A stretch of 64,000 nt of DNA from an uncultured Clostridia bacterium (GTDB lineage Bacteria; Acidobacteriota; Aminicenantia; UBA2199), in NCBI GenBank assembly GCA_964502145.1, contig CAZCVI010000007.1, forward strand, positions 118,297-182,296. The letters are read 5' to 3'. How positions within the stretch are numbered: the stretch's first letter is position 1; each line of letters opens with the position of its first letter. Shown piece by piece: positions 10,301 through 18,661 of the stretch. The notes beneath the pieces were generated by a model. It was not told the DNA's origin. It searched no databases and saw only the letters and a list, made by a program, of their open reading frames with translations. Position numbers and translations under genes: made by a program.

Positions 10301-10539
10301 TTCAGACTTTTTTCACCGCTGTGGGCATTTTTTTCATCGCTGCTCACCCGGACAACATCCCGTTGACCCACCGTGGCATTAATTTGCCAATTCGCGGGCA
10401 TTCCGTTGCTGTCCACTGTTTCAAAATCGTTGTTTAGCAACGGTATAGGTATCGGTTTTTCTTCTGTTGTATAAATAGGAACACTAAATACAAGAATAAT
10501 GATGCATGTCGCTAAGAAATGACCAAGTTTAGCCATGAT
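7315..10539 (-). CDS. Large secreted multidomain protein with an Ntn-hydrolase (peptidase C45 / acyl-CoA:6-APA acyltransferase-like) region
   Basis: The start was moved to the Met of MAKLGHF, because AGGAGG lies 6 nt upstream and a signal peptide/TM segment follows. An Ntn-type motif ...EHKCSGFLANG... is present. The track ORF extends to 10602 through a repeat-derived sequence. Confidence 0.6.
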   Translation of the reverse strand: MMAKLGHFLATCIIILVFSVPIYTTEEKPIPIPLLNNDFETVDSNGMPANWQINATVGQRDVVRVSSDEKNAHSGEKSLKISHTGWEQSEVFSTPLHFQVGHLYRLSGWVKTESAVTRPMDRYPTPVAACLTMESLPFTNHSPAVGGTSDWTRIETLFIATRTQDRIRLHLGFNGKAMGNTWFDGIGVEKVEDITAYVPMDTVKWFGPAFRYTDKGWIFVHIEGKPYQRGYQYGYLLANEIAAYITKLAYLENNNKPEDGWQKVRFITDAFMLGKYDAEYLTEMRGIADGAAKAGATFNGTALDLLDIVVINSIIDINQMADGARGARHALSGKNFLAAEDELNIPLREHKCSGFLANGPATPNGDIVFGQLFMWNGYTGVHWNVICDVKPDTGHRLVYETFPGGIHSGADFYVNDAGIMIGETTTSQTPLDMNGTPQSNRIRKAAQYASSIDDVVKILFEKNNGMYTNDWLIGDAKTNETAILLLGTKKMKLWRSGTGDFPGGTKGFFWSDNNNKDDEVRKEYVNGPDNAPYDLIFMPWNRDVSFMQFFQKYNGKFDSTVGVNMWASSPINRPHACDGKITTTEMAKQLVFLAHFGKVTLREKFPSNRTRILKDLPNVLPHLSLGYSIISPIFVTEKLVALKKKLDQEANAAKVASAGKPDFAKVKEFYSFDTRMLWFNTVYPASNRENWFISGSAGYWRMLKGLPEDTGKGVEYLTEQFLSMNTQYLYTIAHEEAIAPLEAQRMYDRYGHYRIPRIRGTYLLHQLRLYLGNKIFSEVMNAVHDEFKERPMRNDEFISTAEKIAAKPLKMFIMQWLERKTLPEMTVNATATQTGETWTLNLTVQQKGTPYHFMTSVSVETEKGTHREMVEVNKETNTFVFTLPGKPGKMVFNAGAEIPVSFEDYYTFANYFDDFDHTLFIYGTNQQIEANHTLTLRYRELLADTFTEILPPVLKDSEVNLDALKDHDLIVLGGPADNRIMALLLDKLGVQSGKNVFQWQGKTYGAADDGLILVLPNPYNAQRVVYLLLANSALQLYQMTNELGRVPSWGIFKGSTVIAKGYHPIKAFTIELGQ

Positions 10540-10580
10540 TCCTCCTTTTTTTCTTTCAACTCTGATTGGTTTTTTTACAT

Positions 10581-10596
10581 TGGCAGTGAATCCAGG
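10581..10596 (+). repeat. Solo copy of the terminal repeat (TGGCAGTGAATCCAGG) of the hairpin element family
   Basis: Identical to the right end of the 42686..42882 element. Confidence 0.4.
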
Positions 10597-10718
10597 ATTC
10601 ATTGAATTGTAGTAGTTCTAATTTCCCGGTAAACACGGGCAGTTGTCACGCCGCCCGTGTTTATCCGTTTGTAAAAATTTAAAATACCTGTTCCCCAGGT
10701 TAGATCATAGATTGGATG

Positions 10719-11645
10719 TTACTTATTGACCTGGAAAGTGCGGTCGCCTTTTTCCAGGAATTGGACGATTTGTTTCATGGCAGCGATGCCAGCGTTGATA
10801 TTGGCTTCTTCAGTTTGGGCGCCCAGTTTTTTGGTCGTAAAAAAGACCCTGGCCCCGTATTTTTCTTTGAGCACATCCTGGCATTTAGGCGCTACATCCG
10901 CCGCGTACATAAAATCTTTCCGTTCTTCCATGATTTTTTGCAAGCCTGTTTCGTCGATGACTTCTTCGCGGGCCGTATTGATCACAGCCACGCCTTTTTT
11001 AGTTTTGGACAGCAGCTCGTAGTTAACCGAGCCGATCGTTTCCTTGACTTTCGGCAGGTGAATCGAGATATAATCGCAGGTTGAATATAATTCATCCAGA
11101 GAATTGACCGGTTTCACCCCGTCCGCCATCATCCGTTCTTTTGGGATATAGGGATCAAACGCGCAGACGTCCATATCAAAGCCCTTGGCGATTTTATTCA
11201 CCAGGAAGCCGATATTTCCGTAAGCATGGATGCCCAGTTTTTTACCTTTTAACTCTGTGCCTGACTTCCCTGAATAGGCTTTTCTCGCCAGATTAATCAT
11301 CAAGCCGAAGACCAGTTCTGCCACCGCGTTGGAGTTTTGACCGGGAGTATTCATGACTACCACGTTATGTTCAGTAGCTGCTTTTAAATCCACGTTATCG
11401 TACCCCGCCCCGGCGCGTACAACGATCTTCAAATTTTTCCCCGCATCGATCACCGCAGGAGTAACCAGGTCGCTCCTGATGATCACCGCATCCACATCCG
11501 CCACGGCAGCCGTAAATTGAGTGGCATCCGTATAAGATTCCAACAACACCACATCGTATCCCGCTTCAGCGGCCACTTTTTTAATACCGTCCACTGCCTC
11601 TTTTGCAAAAGGTTTTTCAGTGGCAACCAACACTTTTTTTGACAT
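10719..11645 (-). CDS. D-isomer-specific 2-hydroxyacid dehydrogenase (D-3-phosphoglycerate dehydrogenase-like)
   Basis: NAD-binding motif GIHAYGNIG. The catalytic domain layout is typical of the SerA/2-hydroxyacid dehydrogenase family. Confidence 0.85.
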   Translation of the reverse strand: MSKKVLVATEKPFAKEAVDGIKKVAAEAGYDVVLLESYTDATQFTAAVADVDAVIIRSDLVTPAVIDAGKNLKIVVRAGAGYDNVDLKAATEHNVVVMNTPGQNSNAVAELVFGLMINLARKAYSGKSGTELKGKKLGIHAYGNIGFLVNKIAKGFDMDVCAFDPYIPKERMMADGVKPVNSLDELYSTCDYISIHLPKVKETIGSVNYELLSKTKKGVAVINTAREEVIDETGLQKIMEERKDFMYAADVAPKCQDVLKEKYGARVFFTTKKLGAQTEEANINAGIAAMKQIVQFLEKGDRTFQVNK

Positions 11646-11936
11646 GTGTCACCTCTCTTAAATTAGTCTTAAAATCTAATATAGCGTTATTATTATAAAA
11701 TCTATAAAATCGTTATTAATTCAATTTCTTTAAATTCGATTTTAAAACATTCCCACCCAATTGTCAATTAGAAATTTTATATCTAGTCAGTTTTTTGGCA
11801 GTAGGTATCATTGAATCTCTGATACGTTTCGCGCCACGATTTTATTTGACGCAAGTTAGATTGCAATATACTCATGTGGATGGCAAGCATTCATTGGGTT
11901 TTGGGGTACACCTTTTCCCTGTCATTGATTTATTGC

Positions 11937-12092
11937 TGAATCCACCGCCAAATTTCTTAAATCGTTGTGGACAATATGGACGTAGTGGACGATATGGACA
12001 AAAAAATGCTTTTGTTTTTGCTCCACTTCGTCCACATCGTCCATTAAGTCCATATCGTCCATGTTTTTTCACAAATCTGATGGTGAATCCAG
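11937..12092 (+). mobile_element. Hairpin element H1 (MITE-like): terminal repeats ...GAATCCACCGCCAAAT / GGTGAATCCAGG, arms of tandem 9-mers (nnnnTGGAC), conserved loop AAAAAAATGCTTTTGTTTTTGCTCCA
   Basis: Read directly from the sequence. It is homologous to the copies at 48.0, 51.9 and 61.5 kb. Confidence 0.7.
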
Positions 12093-12110
12093 GGGAGGCT
12101 GTTCAAAAAA

Positions 12111-12277
12111 CTGCCTAATGGTTCCGACGGTCAGGAACCTTTGAACCTGGCCGGGAATTAAAATTTAATTATAGTACATATTCCCGGTCAATTCAAGAGT
12201 GAAAAAACCGTCAAAAATTACCGAACGTGACCAAAATGTGACTATCTTTTTTTTTGACCAAAAAAAGAAGTGCCGTA
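12111..12277 (+). repeat. Island-boundary repeat copy A (about 165 bp) with core CCGAACGTGACCAAAATGTGACTAT and 5' motif GGTTCCGACGGTCAGGAACC
   Basis: It aligns along its length with 17711..17873 in the same orientation. A core copy also occurs at 20346..20367. Confidence 0.6.
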
Positions 12278-12355
12278 GTCTGGTTACGTTTGGTGGATTT
12301 ATAAACTGTCATCAGCTAGGAGTTCAAGTAGTCATTAATCGAAATGCTATATAAA

Positions 12356-12865
12356 CTATAAGCGTTGAAAACCATTTTCATTGTGCAGACTAATCCATAG
12401 GCGGAGGCCTGGGGTATAAGAACCGACAATTATCATTATAAAAGCATTCAGTTCGTGCTTTGATTTTAAAAAGGAGTCTTGCATTGAGTGCAAGTCTATT
12501 ATAGAAGGAGATGGATTTCGCTGAAAATGGGTATGCCATTCTCCCACAAAGTGGAGATCTGTATTGAAGAACTGGGAAATGATATCTTTTTGCGGCTTTC
12601 GATACGGAATAAAGCTGAACTTGCTCCTCTTATCTAGTTTGTGTGGTGTTGTAGCTTGTTTGATGATGATTCTTGGTAGGCAAAGTTCGGCGAATAAAAG
12701 TCCTCCGGCTTCTGGTTTTCCACCAGTTTGGCGATAAAATTTAAAGATTTCTATCACCGGATCACTTAACTCCAAAATTTGACCCGAATTTGGTATTCGG
12801 TATCGAAAAACAGTGTCTTTGCTATCATCTAATTGCATACGGTGCAATCCTTTTTGGAATCCCAA
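12356..12865 (-). CDS. cap3: Cap3-like JAB/JAMM (MPN+) deubiquitinase-family peptidase
   Basis: JAMM motif E...HTHx7SxxD (EWHTHFQRNPSPSIIDL). It is the last gene of the operon and its start overlaps the end of cap2. The start could instead be M10 at 12838. Confidence 0.8.
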   Translation of the reverse strand: MGFQKGLHRMQLDDSKDTVFRYRIPNSGQILELSDPVIEIFKFYRQTGGKPEAGGLLFAELCLPRIIIKQATTPHKLDKRSKFSFIPYRKPQKDIISQFFNTDLHFVGEWHTHFQRNPSPSIIDLHSMQDSFLKSKHELNAFIMIIVGSYTPGLRLWISLHNENGFQRL

Positions 12866-14580
12866 CTTGTATAATGCACCCTGGAATATCCTTTTGAATC
12901 AATACGCACCTTCCATTCCGGGGAAATCAATGCATCAGTATTCCAAAAATACTCTCTATCACTTATCCAAGTCTTGAGTTCGGACCTTTCAGGTTTTTCA
13001 TTAAGGCTCCTTATTGCCTCATTGACAATTAATGAAACCACTGGTAGCATTGCAGCCGGGCCATACTGTTGATATTGTGTGCATTCACCGGGTTCACGTT
13101 TTAGTGTCTTCCCCTGAAATTTCGTTACTGCATATTTAAACTGACCGAATCTATTCATCTCACATGCCAAACAACCACTTCCATTTACCCTCAATAGACA
13201 GTGACCCGCGACGGCATAAGGCTCAAGCCATCCAAATAGAATAGGGGGAATTTTAATCTCATGAGATATGTAATTTAAAGGTCCTTCGCTTCTCCAGTCC
13301 CCAATAGTACTGACAATGATATCATAATTATCAAATAATTTATCATTGTCTCGAAGCGCATCTTGCCATTTCTTTGTAATCCAAGAAATTTGAAGATGTG
13401 GCATCTCGTTTCCTAAAGATAGAGCTGTTGCTTGTGCTTTGAACCTTCCACAAAATTTTGCTCCTAAAATGTGTCGTCCGATATTTGCCCATTTTAATTT
13501 GTCGTGATCTATAATAGTTATTTTGGAAACTCCAGCCTTGGCCAAATAATGTGCAACATATCCACCCAATGAACCGCAACCTATTAGTAATACAGCGCGT
13601 TTCTGAAAACTTCCTCCGTCCCCTCCACGAGAGTGAATCCAGGAATAATCTATACGTTCAACCAAGCATTTTGTGACTTTTGTCTTTTTCATCAATGGCA
13701 GACATTTGTCTATTATTTCTCTAATAGATTGCTTACCACTCATTATGAGATTATAATTAGTTACAGTCGTTACCTGAAAATAGACTCCCCCAAGAGCATA
13801 GCCATTATCTGTTTTCTGAGCTAAGAGAACAAAAATAAGAGGCTGTTTGGATACAAACAGCTTGATTAGCAACTCAAGCTCTTCTTCTGCATTTATAGAT
13901 AGTAACATGGTGACTAAGTCACTTAATGTCTCAGGGTATTCTTTTGGAAGTAAAGGGGCATCAAGAACTACCAAAATCCCATTTCTTGTTGATTTAACTT
14001 GGTTTTTAGTTCCAAAAAAATTCTCTTGCCATTTTTTTAAGCTTTCGGTAGAGATTGACGCAAAGATGAAATTTTCAGAATATGATATATCAAATGAGGT
14101 ACCAAGAACTTCTGGAGAATCAATAAGTAGAGAGACTTTGCCTCCGCTATCCAGGCAACGATTCCAATATACAGAAAATTCTGTTTGAAAATCGTCCACT
14201 TCTTTTCCTTCAAGTATTTTCTTTGTGGACTCAACTACTTCCCAAAATAAATCAACCGGATTATTAATATCAATACTTGATGATTCAGGAATAACACATA
14301 AATTACCATCTTCAAAGACATGAGGTATTTTTAATATCAATTTTTCGCCTCCAAGCACTTTGATTTGAGGAGGCTGGTCTGGAAAATCTTTGGTCAAGAG
14401 AACATGTATTTCCCATTTCTTTCCATTTGTTTCGACAAAGCTGCTCCATACTTTAAATTCTGATGGGTATCCATTATCTTCAGGTGGTAATTCACAAAAT
14501 TCCTTGTTATCAGCCAAAGCTTCAGAAATCATCTGAATAGACCGGTTTCGTCTGTCATTCAAACTGGACAAACTACTCAT
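12829..14580 (-). CDS. cap2: Cap2-like E2-E1 fusion (UBC-like N-terminus plus ThiF/MoeB-type E1 adenylation domain)
   Basis: E2-like PHVFEDGNLCVIP carries the catalytic Cys. E1 Rossmann motif LLIGCGSLGGYVAHYLAKAGVSKITIIDHD. C-terminal CxxC. ATGA overlap with the upstream CD-NTase gene. Confidence 0.85.
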   Translation of the reverse strand: MSSLSSLNDRRNRSIQMISEALADNKEFCELPPEDNGYPSEFKVWSSFVETNGKKWEIHVLLTKDFPDQPPQIKVLGGEKLILKIPHVFEDGNLCVIPESSSIDINNPVDLFWEVVESTKKILEGKEVDDFQTEFSVYWNRCLDSGGKVSLLIDSPEVLGTSFDISYSENFIFASISTESLKKWQENFFGTKNQVKSTRNGILVVLDAPLLPKEYPETLSDLVTMLLSINAEEELELLIKLFVSKQPLIFVLLAQKTDNGYALGGVYFQVTTVTNYNLIMSGKQSIREIIDKCLPLMKKTKVTKCLVERIDYSWIHSRGGDGGSFQKRAVLLIGCGSLGGYVAHYLAKAGVSKITIIDHDKLKWANIGRHILGAKFCGRFKAQATALSLGNEMPHLQISWITKKWQDALRDNDKLFDNYDIIVSTIGDWRSEGPLNYISHEIKIPPILFGWLEPYAVAGHCLLRVNGSGCLACEMNRFGQFKYAVTKFQGKTLKREPGECTQYQQYGPAAMLPVVSLIVNEAIRSLNEKPERSELKTWISDREYFWNTDALISPEWKVRIDSKGYSRVHYTSWDSKKDCTVCN

Positions 14581-15644
14581 CCGAACCTGCCGCCACCCCT
14601 GTGATCGACTGAACCTTTAGGAGTTGAAACTGCTATCCCAGCAGCAAAGTTGCTAACATTTTGACTATCGTTATTATTTTCATCATATTTTTTAAAGAAG
14701 CCATCACTCTTAAACACCCAATCCCAGATTGTGCTAGCGTCGGATTGCTTACAATCTATATTATCAAGAATTTCCAGTTTCTCCAGTGCTTCCTTGATTT
14801 TTTCCAATAACTGACAGACACTGTCATCCATTAAGGTTCGGGTAATTTGTGGATTATCGGGGTGTGCAAGATTAAAAATAACTTTCGAACATTCCAAACG
14901 TTTTTTCAGGTTCTTTAGAAGATTTCGAAAAGCTATGTCTAAGCCGCTTGAAAACTCCGGCTGACATTCAGATACAAGCATAGTTAACTTCATACCATTG
15001 GGTAAATCCCAATTTCTTTGACTGCGGCAGAATCGTTTCAATAACTGTACGAGTCTCCTCATTTGGGTACCTTTGCCATCCGTATTGTAGTTGCGATTTG
15101 TAACCTCAGATTCGAACCATACAGTAACCTGCGTCGGGTCTGAAACTGTCCAATTTTCGCCACTGGCAAGTTCTCGTTCGTATTTCCCTTCTCCATCATT
15201 ATACTTTCGATACACAGGAAAATCAACGTGATGTTTTTCTTCATCTCCATCTGCATAGAAAACACGAACACAATTGGTGCATAGTCTTGGCTGTCGATTA
15301 AAACGATTGTCCTTTAGTGCCTCTCGTACTTTATTTTTTACATCCATAGCTGACAATTCGTTTCCTTCAGCATTTATTAGATCACTTTTCCATAAAACCA
15401 AGCCATCATCTATATCGTATTCTTCATCCAAAAAACGTGCCTGAATAATGGTTTTCATTGCCATTGAGCCCTGGGGTTTGAAAGAAGATTCCCCGATGCT
15501 CAACCCCTCTATCTCTTCGGGAAGTCTTTTAATCAAGCGGTCACGGTTTACCTTTCTATGATTGAACAACTTATTTTTAGAATCCTCTCTAAGACATACC
15601 TTTTCATCCCAAAAGGCCTCTATTCGCTTACTATAATCGTACAT
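14577..15644 (-). CDS. cGAS/DncV-like nucleotidyltransferase (CD-NTase)
   Basis: Pol-beta-type GS...DID motif (QGSMAMKTIIQARFLDEEYDIDDG). Third acidic residue in HHVDFPVY. C-terminus ends ...GGGRFG, a Gly terminus suited to Cap2-mediated conjugation. Confidence 0.8.
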   Translation of the reverse strand: MYDYSKRIEAFWDEKVCLREDSKNKLFNHRKVNRDRLIKRLPEEIEGLSIGESSFKPQGSMAMKTIIQARFLDEEYDIDDGLVLWKSDLINAEGNELSAMDVKNKVREALKDNRFNRQPRLCTNCVRVFYADGDEEKHHVDFPVYRKYNDGEGKYERELASGENWTVSDPTQVTVWFESEVTNRNYNTDGKGTQMRRLVQLLKRFCRSQRNWDLPNGMKLTMLVSECQPEFSSGLDIAFRNLLKNLKKRLECSKVIFNLAHPDNPQITRTLMDDSVCQLLEKIKEALEKLEILDNIDCKQSDASTIWDWVFKSDGFFKKYDENNNDSQNVSNFAAGIAVSTPKGSVDHRGGGRFG

Positions 15645-15652
15645 GATCTCTC

Positions 15653-16408
15653 CTATTCTGTAGTTTCACTGAGTTGATTTGCGTATGCCATCCAATCAAC
15701 TGCTGGGACAGTGGCAAGTGATTGAAGTTTCCAAAGTAGACGAAATGCAAAATATGCAAGGGCGTTTCTCCTCGGACCAAATGAGTAATTATTATCCTCT
15801 GAAAAGACATCAAAGCAAGCTCCCGTCACTGCAAAACCACAATCAATTTTTTTGTGACCCGTCAATTGCAGATGATTTTGTTGGAAAGTGTCGCCTAGCC
15901 CATCGCCCCAACTAACATCTATAGCAAGGATTCCCCCAATGATATTAAACAATGGTTTTGCGTTGAATACACCTCCAGCGTGAAAAATATCGACGGATGT
16001 GCGTTTAAGCTTACGAACCGATGCAATCTTTTCGCCTGCGTATTCAAGGTATTGCTTATTAATGGTTGGTTTACATTCAAACACCGCGTAAACCGCTTCT
16101 GCCGGAACGTATCTGTGTTTGGCGTTGTCCAATAATGTTGGAGTATATTGCCGGTCAAATACCACAACATCAATTGAATCACTAACCGCTCCTTCACTGT
16201 CAAGAACGATAGCCTTCTCTACTGTGTACCGATTTGGTAGATATGAACGCAGGAAATCAAGAAAAAACTGTTCATTTACTTCTCCGCGGTCACCTGGATG
16301 CGTAATACGTGAAGATGAGCGAAGGTTTACTTCAAGACATTCTTGTTCGGATGAAAAAGCATCTCTGAGGAACTGTGTCGAGTTGGGAATATTTAATATT
16401 GCACACAT
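15653..16408 (-). CDS. Putative CBASS effector with a restriction-endonuclease-like PD-(D/E)xK motif (possibly NucC-like; about 251-284 aa)
   Basis: SIDVVVFD...AVFECKP gives D...D...ExK. The start is ambiguous. ATG 16408 follows the upstream stop. ATG 16507 has a GGAG 3 nt upstream but would overlap the DUF2188 gene by 74 nt. Confidence 0.55.
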   Translation of the reverse strand: MCAILNIPNSTQFLRDAFSSEQECLEVNLRSSSRITHPGDRGEVNEQFFLDFLRSYLPNRYTVEKAIVLDSEGAVSDSIDVVVFDRQYTPTLLDNAKHRYVPAEAVYAVFECKPTINKQYLEYAGEKIASVRKLKRTSVDIFHAGGVFNAKPLFNIIGGILAIDVSWGDGLGDTFQQNHLQLTGHKKIDCGFAVTGACFDVFSEDNNYSFGPRRNALAYFAFRLLWKLQSLATVPAVDWMAYANQLSETTE

Positions 16409-16433
16409 CTTGGTGTCAGTGTATTTATAAAAA

Positions 16434-16682
16434 TTACATTTCAGTATCTTTGATTGATCTCGGATCATTTCCCGGGGCAATAGTATCTTTACTACGAATT
16501 TTCCCATTAACTCCCTTTGTGATCAATTCACCACCACCTTGGTTATTGAGCATTTTTTTTGCAGTGTCCCCTGCCTCTTTTTGAGTATTGTGAAGCGAAG
16601 ATGCTTGATCGGAATCAATCCGCTTATTAACCCATTTTCCATCATTACGCTTGTAAACTATTCTATCTCTGTCTTTGCTCAT
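16434..16682 (-). CDS. DUF2188-family small protein (82 aa)
   Basis: The DUF2188 pattern is present (VYKRNDGKWVNK...TQKEA...ELITKGVNGKIRSKDTIAPGNDPRSIKD). AAGGAG lies 6 nt upstream of ATG 16682. The track ORF starts further upstream at TTG. Confidence 0.7.
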   Translation of the reverse strand: MSKDRDRIVYKRNDGKWVNKRIDSDQASSLHNTQKEAGDTAKKMLNNQGGGELITKGVNGKIRSKDTIAPGNDPRSIKDTEM

Positions 16683-17347
16683 ATCTTTCTCCTTTGTTAA
16701 TATTAACAATTCTCATCTTTTTCCTTTCCTTATGATTCTGACCCTTGTTTTCAGTATCCATGGGGCTATTAACTTTATTTTCCTCCTTCTCTGGCTCTAA
16801 ATCTGAGTCAAACGTCACCACATAAATATTATCCTAAAATGCTAATATTATATTGTAGCATCAATTTTCCATTTTGTCAACAAAAAAAACAGTATCTATT
16901 CAGTTTTTTGGCAGCGGCCCCACCCACGTCGCTTTGCGCCGTGGGATTATAACTGGAAAGAAACTCGTGCAATTGGGAGTGCTTGGAAACAGTAGAGTAA
17001 AAGAATGCGACAAGGATGTCGCGTCTACATAGACGCGCCATCCCTGGCGCATTAAAAAAAAATATACTGCCAAATTACTGGTATCTCCTGAAGAGGTATT
17101 TGCTCCCATGGATGATATTTGGGCGGATTATCTGTGACAAAAGCCAAATCTCGGCAGTTACGGAAAACCTTACACCAAAAACAATGATTAGTGTGCTCAT
17201 TTGTAAATAAATTCCCCGATTTTTCGGAAATTTTGCCCTCCAGCCTGATTCGCAAGTGAATTAGGGTCAGTGATGACTGAATTAGAGTCAAAAAAGTGCA
17301 AATAGGGTAAACGATGACCGATTTTCATGTAAATTTTTCCTCAAAGG

Positions 17348-17380
17348 GTCAACGATGACCCTCGGAGGGACATCGTTGAC
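17348..17380. repeat. Near-perfect 33-bp palindrome GTCAACGATGACCCTCGGAGGGACATCGTTGAC
   Basis: Read directly. It is part of a composite element that is repeated in inverted orientation at 57.2 kb. Confidence 0.8.
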
Positions 17381-17422
17381 TGATTTAGATAGAATTCAGT
17401 GCAAATTCGTATCATTTTGACC

Positions 17423-17640
17423 GATTTTCAGTCGTGGATGACCGATGGCGGACAATTTTGTCCGACAAGGGACAATGATGAGTGATTTTCAGTCGTGGAT
17501 GACCGTTGGCGGACAATTTTGTCCAACAAGGGACAATGATGAGTGATTTTCAGTCTCTGATGACCGATGGCGGACAATTTTGTCCAACAGGGACAATGAT
17601 GAGTGATTTTCAGTCGCTGGTGACCATTGGGCGGCAAAAA
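17423..17640 (+). repeat. Tandem direct repeats: 3.5 units of about 61 bp (GATTTTCAGTCGTGGATGACCGATGGCGGACAATTTTGTCCGACAAGGGACAATGATGAGT), each with an internal small hairpin
   Basis: Units run 17423-17483, 17484-17544 and 17545-17604, then a partial unit. No unique spacers are present, so this is not CRISPR. Confidence 0.85.
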
Positions 17641-17710
17641 TAATACTATTAGGCTTGGCAATGCTTTTATTCCTGAAATATAGCCTGACCAGAAACTAAA
17701 AAATAATTCC

Positions 17711-17873
17711 CCTGCCTCCGGCGGCCAAGAATGCTTGAACCCGGCCTAAATCTGAAATATAATTATAACAGAAGTTCCCAGACAACTCAAAAGGAAAAAA
17801 ATCACCCAAATTCCCCGAACGTGACCAAAACGTGACTATTGTTTGTTTTTAACTAAATGCCGTTCTGCTATTT
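17711..17873 (+). repeat. Island-boundary repeat copy B (homolog of 12111..12277)
   Basis: Shared core CCGAACGTGACCAAAACGTGACTAT and a shared 5' region (CTGCCTCCGGCGGCCAAGAA...TTGAACC.GGCC...AATTATA...). Confidence 0.6.
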
Positions 17874-17908
17874 GATACGCGAATTGATGGATAGGTTGTT
17901 CGTTGTTC

Positions 17909-18661
17909 CTAATGACCTTTTGGAACTATTACAACCTTGACAATAAAATCGTCGTTATTTCTGGCAAGATCATTTTCTAATCCTCTTGGGTTTGATATCA
18001 ATCCTTCTGGATCATAAACAAAACAGATGAGTTTCTTACAATCTGGATGTTTTTGATATCGCTGAATATCCACTAGTAGCTCTTCTCCAATCTGTTTCTC
18101 CTTTAAGGTTTTCCGGGTCTTCTTTACTTCAATGATTATTTGTTCTTCCTTTATGAGGAAATCTATCCTTGAGTTACTCCCGGCATAGCTTGGCGTATAT
18201 TCTTCAGGTCGGATATCATCAAAAAAAATGTGTAACAGCGAATGCAACAAATCCTGCGTGTCATATTCATCGTTGACTTCCAGTGTTGCACCTTCTGAAT
18301 GGCGTGATCTCAGTTGCTTCGCAACAAGATGAAAACGCGAACATATTTGCTCTATCAGTTTAAGAGAATTTTGTTTACTTGGCTCCGATACCAGTTGGGA
18401 TAGCTTTTCTTTGCTTAGAGTCCACGGAAATGGCTCACCGCAATTTTCACAATGTGTCGGAACAGGTTCTGTAGAAGGAATACCAAATACACCATCAACA
18501 TGGTAATCTCCCTTTATTGGATGATTACAGTGCGGACATTGGTGAATAGTTTTTTCACCACAACTTGGACAGAAGCTTTTTCTAAACTCAGGATATTTAT
18601 TGTAATTGTCTGTAGTTTGATGACCTTTCAAACAAACTTGCTGAACATCATAATCTCCCAT
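17909..18661 (-). CDS. Hypothetical protein with two N-terminal zinc ribbons and a C-terminal PD-(D/E)xK-like nuclease-fold motif
   Basis: CPSCGEK...CPHCNH...CENCGE. C-terminal ...FFDD...RIDFLIKEEQIIIEVKKT gives D...ExK. Confidence 0.55.
   Translation of the reverse strand: MGDYDVQQVCLKGHQTTDNYNKYPEFRKSFCPSCGEKTIHQCPHCNHPIKGDYHVDGVFGIPSTEPVPTHCENCGEPFPWTLSKEKLSQLVSEPSKQNSLKLIEQICSRFHLVAKQLRSRHSEGATLEVNDEYDTQDLLHSLLHIFFDDIRPEEYTPSYAGSNSRIDFLIKEEQIIIEVKKTRKTLKEKQIGEELLVDIQRYQKHPDCKKLICFVYDPEGLISNPRGLENDLARNNDDFIVKVVIVPKGH

Noticed and set aside
11872-12072. Small ORFs through hairpin elements (also 51863..52177) giving CPYRPHRP-type peptides
   Set aside because: They lie wholly within the elements' hairpin arms. 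The resulting periodic peptides come from the 9-bp periodicity of the arms, so the ORFs are not coding.
17423-17640. Possible CRISPR array
   Set aside because: The 61-bp units are directly adjacent with no unique spacers. It is a plain tandem repeat and there are no cas genes.
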